Positions 56,602-64,000 of a stretch of 64,000 nucleotides of DNA are shown piece by piece. Source of the stretch: Candidatus Anaeroferrophillacea bacterium (lineage in GTDB: Bacteria; Desulfobacterota; Anaeroferrophillalia; Anaeroferrophillales; Anaeroferrophillaceae). The translations under genes were made by a program, and so were the position numbers. The DNA is taken from the NCBI GenBank assembly GCA_016933675.1, contig JAFGAM010000126.1:16905-80904 (forward strand), written 5' to 3'. Position 1 is the first letter of the stretch; every line of letters begins with the position of its first letter. The notes under the pieces are model-generated. The model ran no database searches, was not told where the DNA came from, and was given only the letters and a program-made list of their open reading frames with translations.

Positions 56602-57465
56602 TTGGCTGTCGCTCTGGCAGTGTGGAGTTCATGGGGCATCATCATCCGCCTTCTGCCGGTTACGGCGGCGCAGGTGATCTGCTTTTCCACCCTGTGTTCT
56701 CTGCCCATCCTCCTGTTGGCGGGACGACGCATGCCGGCGGCATCGGCGCGTCTTTTGGCGGACCTCGGTTCATCGTGGAAACTGATATCCGTACTGGCCT
56801 GCTGTCTGCTGCTCAACCTCTTTTTCTATTTCACCGCCATTCGCATGACTTCCATCGCCAACGCGGTTTTCACCCACTATACGGCACCGATCTTCGTTGC
56901 CCTGCTGGCGCCGCTGACCATTGCCGAACCGGTTGACCGCCTGACCGTCGCGGCCCTGTTGCTCTCCCTTGCCGGGCTGTTCCTGCTGCTGTTTCCGGGG
57001 CTCGACATGCCTCTTTCCCGGCGTGATCAGCTGGGCATTGCCGCCGGAGTCATGTCGGGGCTTACCTATGCTTTTACCCTGCTGACGGCGAAACGCCTGA
57101 CCGGCGTCATCCCGCCCCTGTCCATCGCCTTCTGGCAGGGGGTGTTCATGGTCGCGATCATGCTGCCGGTTCTGGCCGTGTCCGGGGGGGACGGCATTTA
57201 CCCCGCCCTGTCATCATTCTGGTACGTCTTCCTGCTGCTCGGCCTGCTGCACTGCAGTGTGGCCCCCCTGCTCTACGTCGACGCCCTGCGCCGGGTCAAG
57301 GCCCAGCACGCGGCGATCATCGGCTACCTTGAACCAGTGGGTACCATCGCGCTGGGTATCCTGGTACTCAAGGAGACGCCACCGGCGGTGGTTTTCGCCG
57401 GCGGAACGCTGATCCTCGGCGCCGGTCTGCTGATCATCACCCGGGGGGAGCGTCGACATGTCTGA
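56602..57465 (+). CDS. EamA/DMT family transporter
   Basis: 10 TMs; two EamA-like repeats; start codon uncertain (TTG 56602 or a downstream GTG). Confidence 0.7.
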   Translation: MAVALAVWSSWGIIIRLLPVTAAQVICFSTLCSLPILLLAGRRMPAASARLLADLGSSWKLISVLACCLLLNLFFYFTAIRMTSIANAVFTHYTAPIFVALLAPLTIAEPVDRLTVAALLLSLAGLFLLLFPGLDMPLSRRDQLGIAAGVMSGLTYAFTLLTAKRLTGVIPPLSIAFWQGVFMVAIMLPVLAVSGGDGIYPALSSFWYVFLLLGLLHCSVAPLLYVDALRRVKAQHAAIIGYLEPVGTIALGILVLKETPPAVVFAGGTLILGAGLLIITRGERRHV

Positions 57466-59209
57466 CGCCGGTGACAGCAGGGTGCCGGCCGGCCGACCGG
57501 CCTCCTCCTGGGAGGTTGCCGCAGTCGACTCCCGTCAGTGCAGCGACCTGTGCGGTGAACTCGGTATATCACCGCTGTTGGCACATCTTTTGGTAACCAG
57601 GGACATATTCTCGGCGGCGGATGCCGACCGTTTCCTGCGTCCCGAGTTGCAGTCACTACCCGACCCGCTGTCCCTCCGGGGAATGGGGGAGGCTGTCGAC
57701 CGACTGATGCATGCCTGCCGCCGGCGCGAGCCGCTGCTGGTCTACGGCGACTACGATGCCGACGGGATCACCGGCACCGCGGTACTAGTACGTTTCTTCC
57801 GTGACCTTGGTCTTCCGGTCAGCGGCTTCATCCCCTCCCGCGTGGAACACGGTTACGGCCTGCATGCCGATGTGCTGGAGGGATATCATCGCCGTGGCAT
57901 CGGGCTGGCGGTCAGCGTCGACTGCGGTATCGCCGATGTCGAGGTCATCGCCGGTGCCGCCGCCCGGGGTCAGGAGGTGATCGTCACCGATCACCATGAA
58001 CCTCCGGAGTCACTGCCGGCCGCGGCCGCGGCGATAATCAACCCCAAACAGCCCGGTTGCCCCTATCCTGACAAGAATTTGGCCGGTGTCGGAGTGGCCT
58101 TCAATCTGATTATCGCCCTACGCCGGGCCCTGCGCCGGGACCGTCTGTTGCCGCGGGAGATCAATCTCAAACGCTACCTCGACCTGGTCGCCATCGGCAC
58201 CATCGCCGACGTCGTGCCCCTCGTCGGCGTCAACCGCATCCTCGTGCGCCACGGCCTGGAGGAGTTGCAGCAGTGCGCCCGCCCCGGTATCCGGGCCCTG
58301 GTGGATGCCGGTGTCCGGCCGGCAAACCGGGCCGCCGGAATCACCGCCCAGGACGTGGCCTTCCGTCTGGCGCCACAGCTCAACGCCGCCGGGCGCATGG
58401 CCGACGCCGGTCTGGCTCTCGAACTGCTGCTCTGCGATGATTCGGGGCGATCACGGGAACTGGTGCGGGAGCTGCAGCGGCTCAACGATCTCCGCCGGCG
58501 CTACGAAGAACGCATGCTCGGCGAAGCGCAGAATATCCTGGAGCGTTCCGGGGTCGGCGGGGAACCGGTGCTGGTCCTGGCCTCGCCCGACTGGCATGAA
58601 GGGGTGGTGGGCATCGTCGCCAGCAAGCTGAGCGAGCAGTATCATCGGCCGGCAATGCTCATCAGCCTCGACGGCCGGGGGCACGGCAAAGCCTCCGGGC
58701 GGAGCATCCCCGGTGTCCACCTGCTCGAGGTGCTGCGCGAAACGGCGGAGCTGCTCGAGCGCCACGGCGGCCACCGCATGGCGGTGGGATTCTCCATCCG
58801 GGAAGACAACATCGACACCTTCCGCCGGACGGTCAACCAGGTCTACCGGAAACGATACGGTGGGCAGAGTTTTTCCCCGGTAGTCCATATCGACGGCGAG
58901 GTGCAGCTCGCCCACCTTTCCTTCGCAGCGCTTGAGGAGATCGGCCACCTGGCGCCATTCGGCTACGGCAACCCGGAGCCGGTGCTGGCGGCCCGCGACC
59001 TGACCATCCGCCAGTCAACCGTCGTCGGCCGCAATCATCTCCGCCTGCAACTGGCCGATGACAGCGCCAGCCTCAACGCCATCGGCTTCAACATGGGGGA
59101 CGCCCCGGTGCGTCCCGGAGACCGCATCGACGCCGCTTTCACGCCCCAGTTCAACGACTGGAACGGCGTCCGCTCCATCCAGTTGAACCTGCGCGCCATC
59201 CGCCCCTGA
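57458..59209 (+). CDS. recJ: single-stranded-DNA-specific exonuclease
   Basis: DHH motifs (GDYDADGITG; TDHH), DHHA1 domain, C-terminal OB fold. Confidence 0.9.
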   Translation: MSDAGDSRVPAGRPASSWEVAAVDSRQCSDLCGELGISPLLAHLLVTRDIFSAADADRFLRPELQSLPDPLSLRGMGEAVDRLMHACRRREPLLVYGDYDADGITGTAVLVRFFRDLGLPVSGFIPSRVEHGYGLHADVLEGYHRRGIGLAVSVDCGIADVEVIAGAAARGQEVIVTDHHEPPESLPAAAAAIINPKQPGCPYPDKNLAGVGVAFNLIIALRRALRRDRLLPREINLKRYLDLVAIGTIADVVPLVGVNRILVRHGLEELQQCARPGIRALVDAGVRPANRAAGITAQDVAFRLAPQLNAAGRMADAGLALELLLCDDSGRSRELVRELQRLNDLRRRYEERMLGEAQNILERSGVGGEPVLVLASPDWHEGVVGIVASKLSEQYHRPAMLISLDGRGHGKASGRSIPGVHLLEVLRETAELLERHGGHRMAVGFSIREDNIDTFRRTVNQVYRKRYGGQSFSPVVHIDGEVQLAHLSFAALEEIGHLAPFGYGNPEPVLAARDLTIRQSTVVGRNHLRLQLADDSASLNAIGFNMGDAPVRPGDRIDAAFTPQFNDWNGVRSIQLNLRAIRP

Positions 59210-59261
59210 ATTCTTCGCCGAGGGAACCATTTTTCGGCAGTATTTATGGTACCATCGAGGC

Positions 59262-59789
59262 TCAGCGGTCGAAGAACGGATTTTTGCCGGTGACCGACAG
59301 GGGGATGCCGTAGGCTACTTTGACATCCTCCGGCAGCAGGCCGAGTTCGAGGGTGACGCGGCCGAAGGAAAACATGATCCGGTTGTCGACGTGGTGCGCC
59401 GCGGCCACCGCCACCGCCGAACCCACCGCAATTCCCAGGTCCACCAGATTGAAACTGCAGCGGCCGTGGTTTTGCGCACAGGCGGCACAGTCGTCGAAAC
59501 CACAGAATCCGCAGAAGGGGATACCCAGCGGTGCGACGGTGGTTCCCAGCACCACGACCGCCGTTACCTGACGGATGTTCAGCGCGTCCCGCTGGAAAAA
59601 TGGAATATCCCGTTCGCTGGCAATGGCCTCCATCCGTTCCGCCACCCGGTCCTTGTCAGCCCCGGTCATCACCATGGTGGCAAGGCGATCCATACCCTTG
59701 CCCTTGGGGGCGGTACGGGCCGCGACGACCATCAGCCGGGCGACGGCCAGAATCGCTTCCGATTCCATTTCCGCAGCGTGGTAGATCAT
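59262..59789 (-). CDS. DUF2148-like ferredoxin-domain protein
   Basis: 175 aa; Cys cluster CGFCGFDDCAAC...C. Confidence 0.45.
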   Translation of the reverse strand: MIYHAAEMESEAILAVARLMVVAARTAPKGKGMDRLATMVMTGADKDRVAERMEAIASERDIPFFQRDALNIRQVTAVVVLGTTVAPLGIPFCGFCGFDDCAACAQNHGRCSFNLVDLGIAVGSAVAVAAAHHVDNRIMFSFGRVTLELGLLPEDVKVAYGIPLSVTGKNPFFDR

Positions 59790-59885
59790 TTCAATCCTCC
59801 TGTTTCCCGTTTCCGAACGGTTCTCATTACGACATCTTCACACTTCGCCCCGGCCCACGAATTGGCCTGATTCACTTCGTCGCAT

Positions 59886-60080
59886 TCAGACCCCCGGGGT
59901 GCCGATACCGGCGGTTGCCAGCTGCCGTTCAAGGTCCGCCAGGCGCTCCTCCAGCCGCTCGATTTCCAGTACCTGGTGCGGCCGGACCGAATGCCGCGGC
60001 AGGCAGCGGCGGCGTTCGGCAATCTCCCGTTGAAGTTCATCGATACGCTGCCGGATGTCAGCGTGATGTTCTTTTGCCAT
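59886..60080 (-). CDS. small coiled-coil protein (DUF465/YdcH-like)
   Basis: start ATG (CAT 60078-60080) after GAGAGAGG; MAKEHHADIRQRIDELQREIAERRR... Confidence 0.4.
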   Translation of the reverse strand: MAKEHHADIRQRIDELQREIAERRRCLPRHSVRPHQVLEIERLEERLADLERQLATAGIGTPGV

Positions 60081-60392
60081 GTCCTCTCTCCGTGGTCTCG
60101 CGTCGCTGAAATTGCCAAACTCGCTTCTGAAGGGGCTCAAACAGCGCCAGTTTCCGCCGCCCGCCGGGCGCCGTTATGTTTTGCCGGAATGCGAGCCGAA
60201 TCGCACCTCACCCACCCCGCGGCGAGGGAAATCATACGGCAATAGGCGTACCGGACAACATTGGGTTCTATGGGTTCCATCATGTTTTTCATAACAGGTT
60301 CCGGGAAAAAATGTTCCGAAAAAATACATGACACCACCTTCGCAAACGTGGTACATGGGCCGAGTGGCGGGAGAAAGGAATATCCCTGACGG

Positions 60393-60908
60393 ATGACTGG
60401 ACGAACCATCTGGGCGCCGTGGCGCATGGCCTACATCACCGACGACCGCCGGCCAGCCGCGAATGACGAATGCCTCTTCTGCCGGATCGGCAACAAATCG
60501 GCTGATGACCGTGCTAATCTGGTTCTCGGCCGTTTCGACCACGCCTTTGTGATGCTCAACCGTTACCCCTATTCCAGCGGCCACCTCATGGTGGTGCCCC
60601 GCGCCCACGTCGACCGCCCGGAAGCGCTCGCCGAACCGGAATACATCGCGCTCATGCTCACCTTCCGGCTAGCGGTCTCCCGCCTGCAGGCGGCGCTCTC
60701 GCCCCAGGGGATGAACACCGGCATCAATCTCGGCCGGGCGGCTGGCGCCGGCATTGCCGACCATCTTCATATTCACCTCGTGCCTCGTTGGGAAGGAGAC
60801 CACAATTTCATGCCGGTGATCGCCGACACGATGGTCATGCCCCAGTATCTCAACGAACTATACGATATATTATGGCCGTATTTTAAATTGGAAAGGACTG
60901 ATTCCTGA
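60393..60908 (+). CDS. HIT family hydrolase/transferase
   Basis: histidine-triad motif DHLHIHLVPRW. Confidence 0.75.
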   Translation: MTGRTIWAPWRMAYITDDRRPAANDECLFCRIGNKSADDRANLVLGRFDHAFVMLNRYPYSSGHLMVVPRAHVDRPEALAEPEYIALMLTFRLAVSRLQAALSPQGMNTGINLGRAAGAGIADHLHIHLVPRWEGDHNFMPVIADTMVMPQYLNELYDILWPYFKLERTDS

Positions 60909-61300
60909 TGCGTTACCTGAAGCTGGGAGCAATCTTCACCGGCCTGATTCTGCTGCTGGTATTCATCTTCGAGAATGTCCATTCCCTGTCTACCCCCGTC
61001 GAGCTCGGCTACAACCTGCCGCCCTTCATTTCCTTTGGTCCGATGAAGCTGCCGCTTTACGTGCTGGTTTTCCTCGCCCTTATCGGCGGCGCCGGCGCGG
61101 TGGTGGTCCTCGATCTGATCATGCTTCTCCGTCAGCGGCGGACCCTGAAGCAGAAGAACCGCCGAATCAGCGAACTGGAGACCGAACTCGACAAGTTTCG
61201 CAACCTGCCGCTGACCGAGACCGGTAGCGGCGGCGCCGCTCCGGTGACCGGAACAACGCCGGCGGCAGCCGATTCTCCCTCCCCTCCCCCCCAATCATGA
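60908..61300 (+). CDS. lapA: LapA-family inner-membrane protein (DUF1049)
   Basis: two TMs; short basic/coiled C-terminus; immediately upstream of lapB. Confidence 0.6.
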   Translation: MRYLKLGAIFTGLILLLVFIFENVHSLSTPVELGYNLPPFISFGPMKLPLYVLVFLALIGGAGAVVVLDLIMLLRQRRTLKQKNRRISELETELDKFRNLPLTETGSGGAAPVTGTTPAAADSPSPPPQS

Positions 61301-61319
61301 GCATCGACGGTTGACGGAT

Positions 61320-62543
61320 ATGGCCGCACTACCGATCCCGCTGCCGGTCATCATTATTCTGCCGGCGGCGGCCATAGCGCTGGCGGTGGTGCTGATGCAC
61401 CGGTTTATTCGCCGGCGCCGGCAGTTCCCCCGCTTACCCGACCCCGACAACCTGAGCCAGAGTGATGCCGAGAGCGGCCCGGCGGAATTGGTCCGTTCTT
61501 ATTTCCGCGGGCTTTCCTATGTGCTTTCCAATGAAACCGACCGGGCGATTGCCGAATTCACCCGGGCGGCAGCCATCAGCTCGGCGACGAGCGAGATATA
61601 CCTGGCCCTGGGGCAGCTCTTCCGCAGCAGCGGTGAGGTCGAGCGGGCCATCCGCATCCACCAGAGCATCCTGCTGCGTAGCCGGTTGCCGGACGATATC
61701 CGCCTCCAAACCCAATTCGAGATCGGTCTCGATTACCTGCGGGCCGGCCTTCTCGACCGGGCGCGCCAGGCCTTCGAGGCCCTGGTGGATGTCGCGCCGA
61801 CCTACGCCGAGGCCTTGGAAACCCTGGGTTCGATCTACGAACGTACCCGGGAGTGGGAGAAGGCCATCGCCATCCATAAGCGGGCCGCGGTACTGCGGGG
61901 CGGTGACCACAACGAGTTGCTGCTGGCACATTTGACGGCGGAAATGGCGAAGGAAGCCGAGGAACAGGGCAATACCGGCCGGGCGGCGGCGCTCTACCAG
62001 CGGGCGTTGGAGATCGAGCACCGGTGCATGGATGCCTGGCTGCACCTGGGCGATCTCCACCTGCGGGCCGGCCGGCAGGCAGCGGCCATCGAAGCCTGGA
62101 ACCGGGCCTTTACCACCAACCCCGATCTGGTCACGCTGGTAGAAGAGCGTTTCGGCAACCTGCCCGAGGAGGCACAACCGGTGGCGCGGCGGGATTTCTA
62201 CGCCCGTCATCGAGAGCGGTATGGCGAGAATCGTTATTTCATGGCCGCATATATCGCGTTCCTGGCCGCCGGGGACCGGCAGCCCGAAGCGGTTGAACTG
62301 GCCCGTGAACTGCTTGCCCGCCACCCGGACTGGCCGGGGATGTTCAACCTGTTGGGGGTCCTGGTGGCCGGCAGCGAAGCGCACGCCGAACGCCGGGTGA
62401 TCTACCCCGTGGTGGCCGACTTCTTCGCCGCCTTCCGGCTCCCGGTCAAGGCTTTTTTCTGTCACCACTGCGGGTACGAACTTGACACCGTGGTCTGGAA
62501 ATGTCCCCGGTGCGGTCACTGGGACACCATCGGTCCCCGTTGA
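61320..62543 (+). CDS. lapB: lipopolysaccharide assembly protein B (TPR protein with C-terminal rubredoxin-like zinc finger)
   Basis: N-terminal TM; TPR repeats; C-terminal CHHCGYEL...CPRCGHW; ORF track starts at TTG 61311. Confidence 0.8.
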   Translation: MAALPIPLPVIIILPAAAIALAVVLMHRFIRRRRQFPRLPDPDNLSQSDAESGPAELVRSYFRGLSYVLSNETDRAIAEFTRAAAISSATSEIYLALGQLFRSSGEVERAIRIHQSILLRSRLPDDIRLQTQFEIGLDYLRAGLLDRARQAFEALVDVAPTYAEALETLGSIYERTREWEKAIAIHKRAAVLRGGDHNELLLAHLTAEMAKEAEEQGNTGRAAALYQRALEIEHRCMDAWLHLGDLHLRAGRQAAAIEAWNRAFTTNPDLVTLVEERFGNLPEEAQPVARRDFYARHRERYGENRYFMAAYIAFLAAGDRQPEAVELARELLARHPDWPGMFNLLGVLVAGSEAHAERRVIYPVVADFFAAFRLPVKAFFCHHCGYELDTVVWKCPRCGHWDTIGPR

Positions 62544-62789
62544 ATCCGGTGCGCCGACAAGCATTCCTGCACCGCTGCCGATCATCCGGGCCGTACATCG
62601 CCAATCCACCGATGATGAAACCGTAACCACTGCCAACATGCGCCGATACGGGATGGCACGGTACTACGGGCGACCGGTCGGTCGCCCCTCCAGATTCGGG
62701 GCGCGAAAAAACTGCGGCATGCGGCGTCACTGTTCGTCGAATGACTCGGCCTGAAGCGCAACGAAGAAGATGGGGTTGCTACGAAGCCA

Positions 62790-63725
62790 TCAACGATTGT
62801 TGCCGGCGCGTTCCGGACGCAGGGTACCGACGTAGTCGGCCACGCTGTCGATGCCCTCGGTCCGCAGGAACGCGGCAATGCCGGCCGCAATACCGACCGC
62901 CGCCGCGGGATCGACGAAGTTGTACGTCCCCACCTGCACCGCTCGGGCGCCCACCAGAAGAAACTCCAGCGCGTCGGCCGCCGACGTGATCCCTCCCATG
63001 CCGATAACGGGAATATCCACCGTCCGCACCACCTCGTGGACCAGCCGCAGCGCCACCGGTTTGATTGCCGGCCCCGAGAGACCGCCGGTGACGTTGGCCA
63101 GCAGCGGCCGGCGGCGGCGGATGTCCACCGCCATGCCGGTGAGGGTATTGATAAGCGAGAGGCAGTCAGCGCCGCTGTCGGCGGCGGCGCGGGCGATAGT
63201 GGTTACGTCGGTGACGTTGGGGGTGAGCTTGACGATGAGTGGCAGCGGGCACACGGTCCGCACCCTTCCTACCAGTTCGGCGGTGAGTTTCGGGTCGGTG
63301 CCGAAATGGACGCCGCCGGCCTTGACGTTGGGGCAGGAGATGTTCAGCTCGACGGCGGCGACGCCGGCGGCATCGCCGGCCTGCCGGGCAAGGACAACGT
63401 AGTCTTCCAGGGTTTCGCCGAAGAGGTTTACGATCACCGTCGCCCCGGCGGCCCGCAGGTGCGGCAGCTCCCGTTCGAGGAAGGCATCGATGCCGATGTT
63501 CGCCAGGCCGATGGCATTCAGCATGCCGCAGGCGGTCTCGACGATGCGCGGCGGCGGATTGCCGTGCCGCGGCCGGCGCGACAGCCCCTTGGTGACCAAG
63601 GCGCCAAGTGCCGCCAGATCCAGATACGGTTCATATTCCCGCCCGTAGCCGAAGGTACCCGAGGCGGTGATCACCGGATTTTTCAGAACCAGGCCGGGTG
63701 CCAGGTTGGTGGTCAGGTCAGTCAT
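62790..63725 (-). CDS. pyrD: dihydroorotate dehydrogenase catalytic subunit (class 1B)
   Basis: 311 aa; NISCPN motif; GGLSG; TIM-barrel DHOD pattern. Confidence 0.9.
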   Translation of the reverse strand: MTDLTTNLAPGLVLKNPVITASGTFGYGREYEPYLDLAALGALVTKGLSRRPRHGNPPPRIVETACGMLNAIGLANIGIDAFLERELPHLRAAGATVIVNLFGETLEDYVVLARQAGDAAGVAAVELNISCPNVKAGGVHFGTDPKLTAELVGRVRTVCPLPLIVKLTPNVTDVTTIARAAADSGADCLSLINTLTGMAVDIRRRRPLLANVTGGLSGPAIKPVALRLVHEVVRTVDIPVIGMGGITSAADALEFLLVGARAVQVGTYNFVDPAAAVGIAAGIAAFLRTEGIDSVADYVGTLRPERAGNNR

Positions 63726-63852
63726 GGGGTCGGTATCTCCGCGAGGACGCTACCATGCAGAGTCATTTACCCGAATATCGGCCCACTACCCGGTTGTCAT
63801 TGACTCATGAGCAGGTTTATGATGCACATCAAAGCCTTCAATAAAAATATTC

Positions 63853-64000
63853 CTATATACTCATAAGACAGTCGAGATCCAACTCGTCGAGTTGGAACAC
63901 AGGTCCATCGGTACAGGTTTTCAGCCAGTGTTCACCACCGCCGATATCTTCCTCTCCCCGCCCCCGGACGATGCAGCCGAGACAGACCCCGAAGCCGCAG
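63853..64000 (-). CDS. pyrK: dihydroorotate dehydrogenase electron-transfer subunit, C-terminal part (partial at window edge)
   Basis: minus-strand translation ...CGFGVCLGCIVRGRGEEDIGGGEHWLKTCTDGPVFQLDELDLDCLMSI-stop carries the 2Fe-2S Cys cluster typical of PyrK. Confidence 0.7.
   Translation of the reverse strand, partial: CGFGVCLGCIVRGRGEEDIGGGEHWLKTCTDGPVFQLDELDLDCLMSI

Noticed and set aside
62669-62688. Palindrome GGGCGACCGGTCGGTCGCCC between lapB and pyrD as a terminator
   Set aside because: No U-tract on either strand; kept only as an unexplained hairpin.
1-64000. CRISPR arrays, tRNA or rRNA genes
   Set aside because: No regularly spaced short repeats and no tRNA-like conserved T-loop/D-loop patterns were seen on either strand.

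Overview
This is a high-GC (about 64%) chromosomal segment. Its gene content (anaerobic Ni-CODH CooS, many c-di-GMP and two-component signalling proteins, MshEN/DUF4388 regulators, TRAP and Trk transporters) resembles a Desulfuromonadales-type deltaproteobacterium, but that is an inference from content only. Most of the window is core metabolism and housekeeping:
- 1-4550: etfA, an acyl-CoA dehydrogenase and a split B12 acyl-CoA mutase.
- 5480-7660: an ECF sigma / anti-sigma / Spy-CpxP-ZraP-like envelope-stress module.
- 7966-10101: a large MshEN-REC-REC-DUF4388 signalling protein.
- 10100-17990: trkAH, a sensor kinase with an NtrC-type regulator, and an M48 peptidase.
- 19132-30900: a DapL-like aminotransferase, an amidohydrolase with an MFS transporter, a TRAP transporter and znuACB.
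- 31200-38100: a c-di-GMP neighbourhood (Hpt; REC-PAS-GGDEF-EAL; REC-REC-HD-GYP; a YcgR-like PilZ protein) flanking a flavodiiron protein.
- 38390-42780: an FAD/NAD oxidoreductase-cooF-cooS CO dehydrogenase cluster.
- 43216-48631: a PaaK-like ligase with an M50 protease, then trpS-scpA-scpB-rluB.
- 48600-64000: a second two-component pair, a YeeE/YedE pair, rmuC, a deoxynucleoside kinase, rsmD-coaD, recJ, lapAB and pyrKD.

I found no rRNA, tRNA or CRISPR array.

The non-routine features are:
- a low-GC islet (17999-18820) holding a toxin-antitoxin module inactivated by two 1-nt homopolymer deletions, next to an IS3-family transposase stub;
- a roughly 250-nt structured leader with mutually exclusive hairpins and an intrinsic terminator directly upstream of the PaaK-like ligase, a candidate riboswitch or attenuator;
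- a G9-T-G7 homopolymer inside the large MshEN/DUF4388 regulator gene;
- a duplicated rmuC 3' end, a T7-promoter-like 13-mer and iterated GGTTC motifs in AT-rich intergenic islands.

None of this is a complete, clearly novel multi-gene system I can defend from sequence alone. The leader RNA, the HD-GYP/PilZ pair and the MshEN-DUF4388 regulator are the best candidates for follow-up.
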